A stretch of 64,000 nt of DNA from Candidatus Yanofskybacteria bacterium CG10_big_fil_rev_8_21_14_0_10_36_16 (lineage in GTDB: Bacteria; Patescibacteriota; Minisyncoccia; 2-02-FULL-40-12; IGHO2-01-FULL-4-A): positions 16,909-80,908 of the forward strand of contig PCXQ01000005.1 in the NCBI GenBank assembly GCA_002794035.1. Reading direction: 5' to 3'. This document shows, one piece after another, positions 38,109 through 47,118 of this stretch. The stretch's first letter is position 1. Each line of letters begins with the position of its first letter. Below the pieces are notes generated by a model. That model ran no database searches, was not told the DNA's origin, and saw only the letters and a program-made list of their open reading frames with translations. Both the position numbers and the translations under genes were made by a program.

Positions 38109-38850
38109 TTAAACTAATCCCCTCCAAAAATTCTTTTAAAGTATCCTGTCCTATTGTAACAAGGGTCCTATTTTTATAATCTACAACCCCAAGAACACCA
38201 GCATCTTTGTTTATAAGTACTCCCCCAAAAACGCCCTCGTTGTAGTCCGTTTTTAATTCAAAAACATTGCTCTGGACCCTTGTTACCAATGCTGGTTCAA
38301 TCACAAGTCCTGTACTATTAAAACTCACATACTTTCCTACAACTAGCAAAGAATCAGCGAGTTTAGGCATTTCTTCATTAAACGAAACAACCCCCAGACC
38401 GCCTGCGTCTATTTTTAATAACGCAAGGTTATTAGACCAATCTCTTGAAACAACTTCAGCTCTATGGGGCTGTTCATTGGCCCAAACCTGAACAGACGAC
38501 ACAAATGAAGGCACAATAGTATTTAAAGTTACAACAAATCCATCTTCTGTCATTATTACTCCAGTACCATGCCTTACCACACGCCCACCGGAAAAACTTT
38601 GAATTGCAACTATGCTCGGTTTGATTGCCCCCAATGCTTCACCAAAATAATCAGAATCAGGAACAATCACAGTTTCCTTTTCAATTCGCTCAACCACCTT
38701 GTCTATACCGCTGATGTGCTTATAAAAAAAAGCAAAACCTGCAACATTATGCTTAATCAAAAAAGGCATCAAAAATCCTGCAAAAAATGCACCGCCCAAT
38801 CCGCCGGCAACAACTACAGCTATTAATTTTTTATACTTTTTTAATTCCAA
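38098..38850 (-). CDS. Membrane-anchored trypsin-like (S1C/HtrA-like) protease homologue, apparently lacking the catalytic Ser
   Basis: N-terminal TM. Trypsin-fold His (VVRHGTGVIMT) and Asp (NLALLKID) contexts are present. The position equivalent to GNSGGP reads GVFGGV. Confidence 0.45.
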   Translation of the reverse strand: MELKKYKKLIAVVVAGGLGGAFFAGFLMPFLIKHNVAGFAFFYKHISGIDKVVERIEKETVIVPDSDYFGEALGAIKPSIVAIQSFSGGRVVRHGTGVIMTEDGFVVTLNTIVPSFVSSVQVWANEQPHRAEVVSRDWSNNLALLKIDAGGLGVVSFNEEMPKLADSLLVVGKYVSFNSTGLVIEPALVTRVQSNVFELKTDYNEGVFGGVLINKDAGVLGVVDYKNRTLVTIGQDTLKEFLEGISLSDR

Positions 38851-38965
38851 TTAAGCTCTTTGGCGCGATTCCAATGATCATCCACTCCCTCAACTTTATT
38901 CAGGCAGTACCGCTCCTTCGGCTACACTCCCTTCGAAAATACTCGGAACAGGCAGGACAAGCATT

Positions 38966-39979
38966 CTACCTAAACAATTCTTGTGCTCGTGCCCAATGTT
39001 CTGGGTAATTTTCATGTTTTTTGAGGTAATACCACCACTCGGCGCCCCAAAGGTAAAAAGTATTAAACCCTGTACGGTTTGAAAACTCTATTATCTCATT
39101 AAACTTGTCTATACCCATACGGTCAAGCTGGACATCAAGTGGAGTTTCTACTATCGGCTGAAGAAGCCAAGGCTCAGCGGATAGCTCAATGACCATTGCC
39201 GGCTTATCCTCATTAAATAATTTTATAAAATTATGCTTTATTCGGAAAAAAGCAGGAGTAATCGGATATCTAATAGGACCGCCAATATATTTATTCCTCC
39301 ACCAAACATAAAGATACATACTTGTACCAAAATGATCTCCTTCATTGTGTGCTTGCCACCATTTACCAAACTCACCGCTATCTGTTATTAACACCGGCCT
39401 TGTCGTGTCTAACTGCTTAACTAAATTTATCTCCTTATCCAAAAAATCATCATCAAACTCTCCGCAATGAGACCGGCCAAAAAACCCCAAGAACGGTTCA
39501 TTTTCAACCTGCCATATTTTAATAGCACTACTATCCTTATATCTGCTTACTGTTTCCTTAATATAACTCAAAATTCTATTATTTTTTTCTTCCTGAGAAA
39601 GCTCTTTGGCCCAATCTGGATCATGACACTCGGGCCAGCCCGGGAGGCGACGCCCCACAGCAAAAATCACCTCAACGTCACGTTTTTCTGCCTCAGCAAT
39701 CTGGTAGTCTAATTCCTCAAAATTATATTCACCCATCTTTGGCTCAACCATGGGCCAATGAGCAGATAATCTCAGACGCTTAACCCCTAAATCATCTAAA
39801 ATAGCAAGATATGTTTCTTTCCAATCAAGACCCAGTTCGTCTGAATGAAACTTGCTGAACGAAACGCCGTATTTTAGCTCCGACTTATCAGGTATATGAG
39901 ACAAAGAAAGCAAAATCAAGGCAAAGAAAAGGACAATGATTAAGCTTAATAGTTTATGTTTAAAAATTTGATGAAACAT
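38966..39979 (-). CDS. Secreted TIM-barrel glycoside hydrolase (GH5/GH42-like, NEP motif)
   Basis: Signal peptide. IWQVENEP acid/base motif. VIELSAEPW is a candidate nucleophile region. Confidence 0.5.
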   Translation of the reverse strand: MFHQIFKHKLLSLIIVLFFALILLSLSHIPDKSELKYGVSFSKFHSDELGLDWKETYLAILDDLGVKRLRLSAHWPMVEPKMGEYNFEELDYQIAEAEKRDVEVIFAVGRRLPGWPECHDPDWAKELSQEEKNNRILSYIKETVSRYKDSSAIKIWQVENEPFLGFFGRSHCGEFDDDFLDKEINLVKQLDTTRPVLITDSGEFGKWWQAHNEGDHFGTSMYLYVWWRNKYIGGPIRYPITPAFFRIKHNFIKLFNEDKPAMVIELSAEPWLLQPIVETPLDVQLDRMGIDKFNEIIEFSNRTGFNTFYLWGAEWWYYLKKHENYPEHWARAQELFR

Positions 39980-40051
39980 TTAATAATAAAAATGGCTTGA
40001 CTAATACTTTAAATTATTATAATATAATTTTATAGCTTTGGAGGTGTTGAA

Positions 40052-40222
40052 ATGCCGAAAAGATTAACACTTGCCCTATTAGTTACTTGGATAGTATATG
40101 CAATAATTGTAATAGTAGCCACCATTGTCGCGCCCTCTCCCCTTGTGGGAGATATAGGTTTTATAGGGGCAATGATTGCCCTAATTGTAACTATGATAAT
40201 TTGTAAAAAAAATAAACGTTAA
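40052..40222 (+). CDS. Unannotated 56-aa two-TM membrane protein
   Basis: Below the 60-aa track cutoff. GGAGGTG SD lies 6 nt before the ATG. The sequence is MPKRLTLALLVTWIVYAIIVIVATIVAPSPLVGDIGFIGAMIALIVTMIICKKNKR. It has its own terminator. Confidence 0.55.
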   Translation: MPKRLTLALLVTWIVYAIIVIVATIVAPSPLVGDIGFIGAMIALIVTMIICKKNKR

Positions 40223-40240
40223 TTTGTTTACCCATATAAT

Positions 40241-40271
40241 GCCCATCCTCTTATTTAGGAAGGGCTTTTTT
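40241..40271 (+). terminator. Intrinsic terminator after the 56-aa ORF
   Basis: GCCCATCCT-cttattt-AGGAAGGGC followed by TTTTTT. Confidence 0.6.
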
Positions 40272-40318
40272 ATTTGCTTAAGCACTTGCCCCGGCTCTTG
40301 AATTTCAAGAGTGGGATT

Positions 40319-41215
40319 TTAAACAAACAACAGCGCTAATCCGCCCACGATCAACAACGTAGCCAAAAACTTCTGTCCTATTATGTGTTTTTTATCTACT
40401 GTCTCAAACATATAGCCTCGCTTGCTTAAATGAGAATTAAAAATTAGAGCAAACAAAAGCAAAAATACAAACTGGACGCCAGATAAAGCATTTACCACTG
40501 ATACCTTGCCCAAATCTACAGCAAGAGAAACAAATAAAAACGCTACTCCAGCTAATACCTTGCTGACAACGATAAACCACTTAATACCATTGGATGATTT
40601 TTTAATATTTAATTTAATATCTGATCTTATTGAAGGCACAAGCAAAAACATTAATGCTCCTGCAAAGTTGGCCATTCGGGACCAGAAAAATCCGCTCAAA
40701 AAACTTGTTTCCGCAAAAATCATCTTCATAAAAATCAAAGAGAGTCCCAATAAAACGCCTGACAAAACGGTATTAACTGTAGTTTCCTTATTGAATCTAA
40801 AATATGACATTAGTGCTGTACCGGAAACCAACAACACAAAACCGGCAAGAAAATTGCCGGACAAACGTTCACCCAAAATAAAATAAGCGAAAACAAAGGC
40901 TGAAACCGCGCTAACAGCACCCATGGCCGGAGACACGTCTGAAGCATCTGCAGTCTTTAAAGCTCTATATAAAAAAATTAAATAAGGAACAAATGCTACA
41001 GTAGAAAGAATAGATAGCCATATAACCTTAAAGCTGGGAATTAAATCGATACCGAAAGGCAAAAAAATTACAGCAGCTCCCGAAAGTAAACTTACGTAAA
41101 AAGCATACACAACGGGTTTTTGGATAGCAGTTTTTGAAGTAACTAAAAATTTATCAGCCAAAACAACAAGAGCAAACAACAACTGCGCAAAAATTGTTAT
41201 GTAAATAAATGCCAT
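40319..41215 (-). CDS. EamA/DMT-family transporter (10 TM)
   Basis: Duplicated five-TM halves, 298 aa, with typical DMT hydropathy. Confidence 0.55.
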   Translation of the reverse strand: MAFIYITIFAQLLFALVVLADKFLVTSKTAIQKPVVYAFYVSLLSGAAVIFLPFGIDLIPSFKVIWLSILSTVAFVPYLIFLYRALKTADASDVSPAMGAVSAVSAFVFAYFILGERLSGNFLAGFVLLVSGTALMSYFRFNKETTVNTVLSGVLLGLSLIFMKMIFAETSFLSGFFWSRMANFAGALMFLLVPSIRSDIKLNIKKSSNGIKWFIVVSKVLAGVAFLFVSLAVDLGKVSVVNALSGVQFVFLLLFALIFNSHLSKRGYMFETVDKKHIIGQKFLATLLIVGGLALLFV

Positions 41216-41383
41216 AAAAAGGTTTTAGCCTCCTATTACAACCTCATGTCGCACAAATACATTTACATTATACCACAAAAACAAAAAGCAAACTGAAAAC
41301 CTTCAAAGATTGATTTTTTATAACAAATGTGGTATTTTTTTACAAACAAAAAAAGTACTTTAAAACTTAAAAACGAGGAACTG

Positions 41384-43960
41384 ATGACCAACATAAGGAA
41401 AATAACGATACTTTTGTTTTTTGTATTAATGTATAAAACACCGGCCATTGCAGAAATTGCAGTAAATGGATCAATTACAGACCCCGACAACAACCCCGTG
41501 ATTAATGCACTGGTAGAGATAATGCCGGGCAATCCGCCCGATCCCCAACTTACTGACAGCACCAAAACTGATGAAAACGGAAAATTTAGTATAATATTGC
41601 AAAAATCTGAGTCGCCAGGACTATATCTTCTAAGCATCAAAAATGCCGAGGGATTTCAAGATATAAAAGGAGAAGAAATAAACCTTAACAACAACTTCAA
41701 TCCCCCTTTGTATATCACAATGATTCCGATTGAAAAATTTGAGGTAACGGTTTCTGCAAATACCCCATATACGCCTCAAATAGCAGTGGATCAAGTCCAA
41801 TTATCAAGAACTCTGGATAGAAAAACATTGTTGGAGATCCCAACCACAAGGTCTCCGGAAATCACAGAAATATTGGTTAACAACCTACCCGGAATCATTA
41901 AGGATTCTGCAGGAAACATGCATTTTGATGGCGGACAACCATTTAATCACAACTGGCAACTCTCGCGATTTAATATCGGAGATCCTGTAAAATACACACT
42001 GGAGACAAGGAGTATCAACCCCGAAGCAATTGAAGAAATAGATTTTAATTCAGGACGTTACAGTGTTGATGGAGGCAAAGGTTATACCAGAATAAACATG
42101 TATCCGCATCAGGGTGCCGATGAATTCAGCTTAAACTTAACAAACCCTGTTCCCGGAATTGATATTAACAAGGGACTGGTTCTTTCTGATTGGAAACCCA
42201 AGCTTTGTTTTTCCGGACCCATAAAGAAAGGAGGGTTTTGGTTTTCCGATTGCGTAGCTTTAAACTATAACTCAAGAATTTTTGAAGAACTGCCCAAAGG
42301 AAAAGACAAGACAACAAGCTGGGCAGGCAACAACTTATTCTCGGTACAAGGCAACATTTCACCTAGGAATATTTGGAATTTCAACTTTATGACAGATTAT
42401 CTAAATGCTCCGAACGCAGAATTGTCGCCCATAAATCCCCACTCAACAACTACGGACCTGAACAATAAAATTTATTTTGGAAGTATTGGAAACAGGATTT
42501 TTACCGGAGCCAATACGGCAATTTCATGGGGTTATGGATATTACCAATCAGCATTTGAAGCTAGGCCTCAAGGTGAAGGACCTTTTATCACAACACCTGT
42601 CGGCAACAGAGGATTTGCACATAAAAACAGTTTTAATCAAGGCAAAAGACATCAGCTGTTCGCAAACATTACCACGAAAGCGCCGGAATTTTTGCCGAAA
42701 ATTTTAAAAAACAACCATAGGCACAAATATGGCACTGACTTTCAGAGGATAAATTATTGCCAAGATGTAACAAGGACATCAATTGAAACTCTAAGAATTG
42801 ACGAGACTCTTTCCAACAGGCGTGAATTTTTTGGGAATGGTAATTTTTGCAAAGCAAATCTTGAATCAGCGTTTTACTTTCAAGATAGCTGGAACTTAAG
42901 CCCCGGTGTTTTTGTTCAAGCTGGGCTAAGAATGGACACTGACAGAATTGTTCAAAAAAATGTTCTCACATCAAGATATAGCCTAGCCTTAATGCCGTCC
43001 GAAATTGAAAGCAAATGGACTAAATTCTTACCAGGATTGCTAAAGAAAAATAAATACGTTTTTGGATACGGACGGCTTCCAGCCCCCTATCCATTAAATA
43101 TTTTTACAAGGCACCTTGATCAATATTCCATCGTTTCAGATTTTAATAACGACGGCTCATTAAGAAGTGATCCGTTCCTGCTTCAATTTACCGCAAATTC
43201 TCTTTCGCAAGAAAGACTAACAGTACCCACGACAGTAAATTACAGTTTTGGCATTGAAAGACTGCTCCCATATGATTTTATCTTGGGATCAAATTTTCTT
43301 AGAAAAAAAAGCAGGGACGGTTATGTCTTTGTCCCAGTTGCAGAAGAGCTAGGAGAAACCGATTATTCAGCTTCGCCATTTTTTTCTAGAGCGGTATATT
43401 ACGACATGAAAAATCTCCAAAAGATATCTTACGATGCTTTTGAATTTAGCATCAGAAAGATTGGAGAAATAAAAAACAGAAGAGTAAATTGGTTCTTAAA
43501 CTACACTTATTCCAAAAATGAAGGCAATGGAAGCGGGAATCCTTTTTTGGATGATCTGTTTCTTTTCTCAGATACTGCTGGTCCCACATCTTGGGATGTA
43601 CCGCACCGGCTTCTGACATATGGGTATTTTGATATTACTTCAAAATATGCTATTGCCTATCACCTCCAACACAGAACGGGCACACCATACACAGCGTACA
43701 ATGACGAAGGCAGACAAGTTGGCGGATTCAACAGTCAAAGACTACCAAATTTTTTAAGCTTAAATCTTCACTTTGAAATAAAACATAATTTTTTCAAAAG
43801 AAGATGGGCTTTAAGAATTGGCTCGGATAATATAACTGGCCACTTTAATCCGACAATCGTTAATGCCAATACATCAGTTCCTGGTTACCCAATATTTTAC
43901 GGTTCACAGCCCAGGAAACCTTTCGTGTTTAGGGTCAGATATTTGGGCAAAGTTCAGTAA
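41384..43960 (+). CDS. Outer-membrane-type TonB-dependent-receptor-like beta-barrel with an N-terminal CarboxypepD_reg domain
   Basis: The start is chosen at MTNIRK because GAGGAA lies upstream; the track ORF starts at 41327. Signal peptide. AVNGSITDPDNNPVINALVEIMPG...DENGKFSI is a CarboxypepD_reg region. A plug-like LPGIIKDSAGNMHFDGG region follows. The rest is a long barrel with beta-strand periodicity and no C-terminal aromatic residue. Confidence 0.45.
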   Translation: MTNIRKITILLFFVLMYKTPAIAEIAVNGSITDPDNNPVINALVEIMPGNPPDPQLTDSTKTDENGKFSIILQKSESPGLYLLSIKNAEGFQDIKGEEINLNNNFNPPLYITMIPIEKFEVTVSANTPYTPQIAVDQVQLSRTLDRKTLLEIPTTRSPEITEILVNNLPGIIKDSAGNMHFDGGQPFNHNWQLSRFNIGDPVKYTLETRSINPEAIEEIDFNSGRYSVDGGKGYTRINMYPHQGADEFSLNLTNPVPGIDINKGLVLSDWKPKLCFSGPIKKGGFWFSDCVALNYNSRIFEELPKGKDKTTSWAGNNLFSVQGNISPRNIWNFNFMTDYLNAPNAELSPINPHSTTTDLNNKIYFGSIGNRIFTGANTAISWGYGYYQSAFEARPQGEGPFITTPVGNRGFAHKNSFNQGKRHQLFANITTKAPEFLPKILKNNHRHKYGTDFQRINYCQDVTRTSIETLRIDETLSNRREFFGNGNFCKANLESAFYFQDSWNLSPGVFVQAGLRMDTDRIVQKNVLTSRYSLALMPSEIESKWTKFLPGLLKKNKYVFGYGRLPAPYPLNIFTRHLDQYSIVSDFNNDGSLRSDPFLLQFTANSLSQERLTVPTTVNYSFGIERLLPYDFILGSNFLRKKSRDGYVFVPVAEELGETDYSASPFFSRAVYYDMKNLQKISYDAFEFSIRKIGEIKNRRVNWFLNYTYSKNEGNGSGNPFLDDLFLFSDTAGPTSWDVPHRLLTYGYFDITSKYAIAYHLQHRTGTPYTAYNDEGRQVGGFNSQRLPNFLSLNLHFEIKHNFFKRRWALRIGSDNITGHFNPTIVNANTSVPGYPIFYGSQPRKPFVFRVRYLGKVQ

Positions 43961-43973
43961 ACAATCCATGAAT

Positions 43974-43998
43974 AAAGCCCCGCTAAGCGGGGCTTTTA
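43974..43998 (+). terminator. Intrinsic terminator of the stereotyped family
   Basis: AGCCCCGC-taa-GCGGGGCT followed by TTTT. Confidence 0.65.
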
Positions 43999-44008
43999 TA
44001 ATAGATAC

Positions 44009-44659
44009 TCATTTAAAATATGCCGGCCCAACCCGCATACCATGAGTTATGACGTCAGGCGTAAAATAATTTAAAAATATACCAATAATAAGATGGGAGA
44101 CTATTAGAAAATAAATATTTCTATACTTCAGAAAATGCCAAGCACAGGCGATACCCCCAACAAATGTAACAACCATCAAAAACCAATTGGGATTATGAAA
44201 GAAAGCAAATATAAACCCCGTTGCTAAAATCACGTTCCATTTACCACCATTCCCCCAAACAACTTCCAGGCGATTAATATAAAAACAAGACAATAAATAC
44301 TGCTGAAGTATAACTACAGCAAAATAAAATATCAGCTCCCAAAAATCAAAGGAAATTTTAAATTTTTGCACCGATTCCCCAAGATAAAGACCAAAACTAA
44401 TCCCTAGAGTGGAAAAAACAACTAGAGCCACGATTAAATGCAGCAAGAACTTTTTGTGAAAAATTTTTCGAGGCTTAAAACCAGAATCTTCCAATTTGTC
44501 TTTGAATTTAAAAAACTGAAAAAAAACAACGACAACAACAAGCGTCAGCCATGAACCAACATCCCTTTCTCCGGAATAGATCATGACCATAAGCAAAATA
44601 CCCACGACAATCATTGATAATGCAGAAGTTACTCTTAGTTGATTTTTGGGGGTCGTCAT
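44009..44659 (-). CDS. CPBP (CAAX protease/Abi)-like membrane protein with a degenerate motif 1
   Basis: FAFFHNPN (FxxxH) and VSHLIIGIFLN (HxxxN) are present. The EExxxR position reads QQYLLSCFYINR. Confidence 0.45.
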   Translation of the reverse strand: MTTPKNQLRVTSALSMIVVGILLMVMIYSGERDVGSWLTLVVVVVFFQFFKFKDKLEDSGFKPRKIFHKKFLLHLIVALVVFSTLGISFGLYLGESVQKFKISFDFWELIFYFAVVILQQYLLSCFYINRLEVVWGNGGKWNVILATGFIFAFFHNPNWFLMVVTFVGGIACAWHFLKYRNIYFLIVSHLIIGIFLNYFTPDVITHGMRVGPAYFK

Positions 44660-46002
44660 TTTCTTGCCATCCTTTTTACAGATTTAAAAATCTCATCGCC
44701 AATATTATCATTAACTGCAAGAGATCGTTCATATTCATATATTTTTTCTTTGTACTTTTTTTTAGGCAAAATATAACCAAGCTCGTCATTGGCAAGACCA
44801 AGAAACCAAACAGTTTTATCTGGAAATATTGTTCTTATTTTTAAACTTATCTCTGGAGACATTTCGCCAGGCACAGCAACTAAAACAATTTGGTCGCCAA
44901 GAAAAACAACACTAACCTCAGTAGATAGCTTGCCTCTATCTAATTGATGGGGTAAGAGGCCTTTCTCGAGTTTGTTTTTAAAGACCTTGTTTTTAAGTTC
45001 AATTTTTAATATTTCTGTTCTAATTTCCATTGGAGAAATATTTACTGCTTCAAAAGTTCCCGCATAACTATAAATTTGTTCCTGCACATCGTTGTTAAAC
45101 CTAATCATTCCCAAAAGTTTATCATCAAAACGGTATCTAAGATTGGGAACAACCATCCCTCCCAAGGCACCACTAAAAAACATGGGGTAAGCAACTGTTG
45201 TTTCATTTTTTCCCAAAGAAGAAAGCCTATCCCTTAAATTTCCGACATAATCACTAGAAAGTGAATCAGTCTTTCTTAAAAATTCAGGATGGCAGGCGAA
45301 CCCAACGAGAAAAATTGGTTTCTCCTTTGCCTCAAAAAAATCAGCGACACCATGAATAATACCAAAGTATTTTTTTGTTGGCTGAATGTGCATCATAAAA
45401 ACATTATCGTCTAAAACATTGGGGTCACGATCATTGGCAATAATATCTCCCAACCTGCCGTTTTTTATTTTAATCTCAGCAGTATTTCTATTTTTATAAG
45501 CACTTCTAATGGCATCTGCTGTTTGGTTAATTAAATATTCAAGATCTTCCATCTGTCCTTTGTCTTTTCTTGAATCACTATAAACACCTAAAAAATCAGG
45601 CGCGGAGTGAGTATGAGTAGATGAAACAATAATCTTATTGCCATCAGGAAATATATCCCTAACCCTTTGTCTTATTTTCTGAACATCATCTCTAAACAAA
45701 CCAAAAGCATCAACGCTAACTAGCGCCAAAATATTTCCAAAACCATCATCTAACACTAAGGCACTGACCGTAAGTTCATCTTGAAAATTGTTTGCTCTTT
45801 TATTATAGGGTTTGCCGGGCAAAAAAGGATTTTCCTCTTTCAACCCTAATGTTGGCGTAATATCTCTTTGGTCATATCCAACCCTCACCGCAGAAGAAGC
45901 TCTAATAGAGAAAATTAAACCCAATAAGCAAATTAGGCCCAAAATAAAAATTAGTATCGTAAACCAGTTTTTTAATGTTGGATATCTCATTTTGTTCTCC
46001 AT
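44656..46002 (-). CDS. Neutral/alkaline ceramidase-family hydrolase (N-terminal catalytic domain), membrane-anchored
   Basis: RVGYDQRDITP...LTVSALVLDDGFGNILALVSVDAFG and STHTHSAPD match the neutral ceramidase signature. Confidence 0.55.
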   Translation of the reverse strand: MENKMRYPTLKNWFTILIFILGLICLLGLIFSIRASSAVRVGYDQRDITPTLGLKEENPFLPGKPYNKRANNFQDELTVSALVLDDGFGNILALVSVDAFGLFRDDVQKIRQRVRDIFPDGNKIIVSSTHTHSAPDFLGVYSDSRKDKGQMEDLEYLINQTADAIRSAYKNRNTAEIKIKNGRLGDIIANDRDPNVLDDNVFMMHIQPTKKYFGIIHGVADFFEAKEKPIFLVGFACHPEFLRKTDSLSSDYVGNLRDRLSSLGKNETTVAYPMFFSGALGGMVVPNLRYRFDDKLLGMIRFNNDVQEQIYSYAGTFEAVNISPMEIRTEILKIELKNKVFKNKLEKGLLPHQLDRGKLSTEVSVVFLGDQIVLVAVPGEMSPEISLKIRTIFPDKTVWFLGLANDELGYILPKKKYKEKIYEYERSLAVNDNIGDEIFKSVKRMARK

Positions 46003-46123
46003 ATTAAATTTTTAATTTTCTGGTTTAAATACTAACAGAACAGCGAAACTAAAATAATTTACAAAACAAAAGCGAAATGATATAAAAATACCGATTGTTT
46101 AGCTCATTAAAAAGGAGACAATA

Positions 46124-47065
46124 GTGGGATCATTAAATGAATTCCTCCAAATAGCCCGACCCATTCTTGAAATAGATTATTTCATAATGTTAGTTTTTTC
46201 ATTATTTATTTTTGTTGGATTATTTAATGAAAAAATGCGCTTATTTTGGGAAAAGACTCTTAATAAAAACCCAGAGAAAATTCTTTTGCTGACATTTACA
46301 TTTTCAGCAATCAACTTATTTCATGTTTTAATGAGGGATATTCCACTTCAAAACTGGCTTGCATACACTCTTTTTTTGTTAATACCTACAGTGTGTCTGC
46401 TTCTCGCTAATAAAAAATCTCAAAAAATTCAGATAACAGACGTAATTGTAATTTTATTTCTTTGGCTACCTTTTGATTTAAGAATAATTCAAGAATCATG
46501 GTTTAAATTCAACTACTTATTCCTAAGCGTGTCTGCGGCATCAGTCGCCATTATAGGTTTTTCTTTTGTAAGAAATCTAAAAGGACTAAAAATAAATACA
46601 GAAATTAAACTCAAGGATATATTATTCTCTTTAAAGGTTTTGTTGGTGCTTATTATCACCATTGTTCCTATAGGTTTTATTTTAAATTTTTTGGAATTTG
46701 GTTTTAAGATAAATCTTCTGAATGTAAATAATATCTTATATTTGTTTGTGATTTTAGTTTTGTATTTTTTACAGACAGGACTTCCAGAAGAAATTCTTTT
46801 CAGAGGTTTATTGCAGAATTTGTTATTCAAAACTTGGAATAGTAATTGGAAAGCAGTAATTGTGGCATCTGTAATGTTTGGTAGCGCTCACTTAGACAAT
46901 ATAGCCAGTGGATATGGACCGCCAAATTGGCCCTATGCTATTTTGGCAACGATTGCTGGCATTGGGTATGGCATAACATACCTAAAAACAAAAAGTATTA
47001 TCATACCCGGCATGCTTCATGCTTGTGTTGATCTTTTGTGGGGCTTGTTTTTTGTGAAAGTATAA
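46124..47065 (+). CDS. CPBP-family intramembrane metalloprotease (CAAX protease/Abi)
   Basis: All three motifs are present: EEILFRGLL, FGSAHL and HACVDLL. Confidence 0.75.
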   Translation: MGSLNEFLQIARPILEIDYFIMLVFSLFIFVGLFNEKMRLFWEKTLNKNPEKILLLTFTFSAINLFHVLMRDIPLQNWLAYTLFLLIPTVCLLLANKKSQKIQITDVIVILFLWLPFDLRIIQESWFKFNYLFLSVSAASVAIIGFSFVRNLKGLKINTEIKLKDILFSLKVLLVLIITIVPIGFILNFLEFGFKINLLNVNNILYLFVILVLYFLQTGLPEEILFRGLLQNLLFKTWNSNWKAVIVASVMFGSAHLDNIASGYGPPNWPYAILATIAGIGYGITYLKTKSIIIPGMLHACVDLLWGLFFVKV

Positions 47066-47068
47066 ATC

Positions 47069-47091
47069 AACCCCGCCTTGGCGGGGTTTTT
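47069..47091 (+). terminator. Intrinsic terminator of the stereotyped family
   Basis: CCCCGC-cttg-GCGGGG followed by TTTTT. Confidence 0.65.
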
Positions 47092-47118
47092 ATTATTAAC
47101 AAAAAAAATTACACACAA

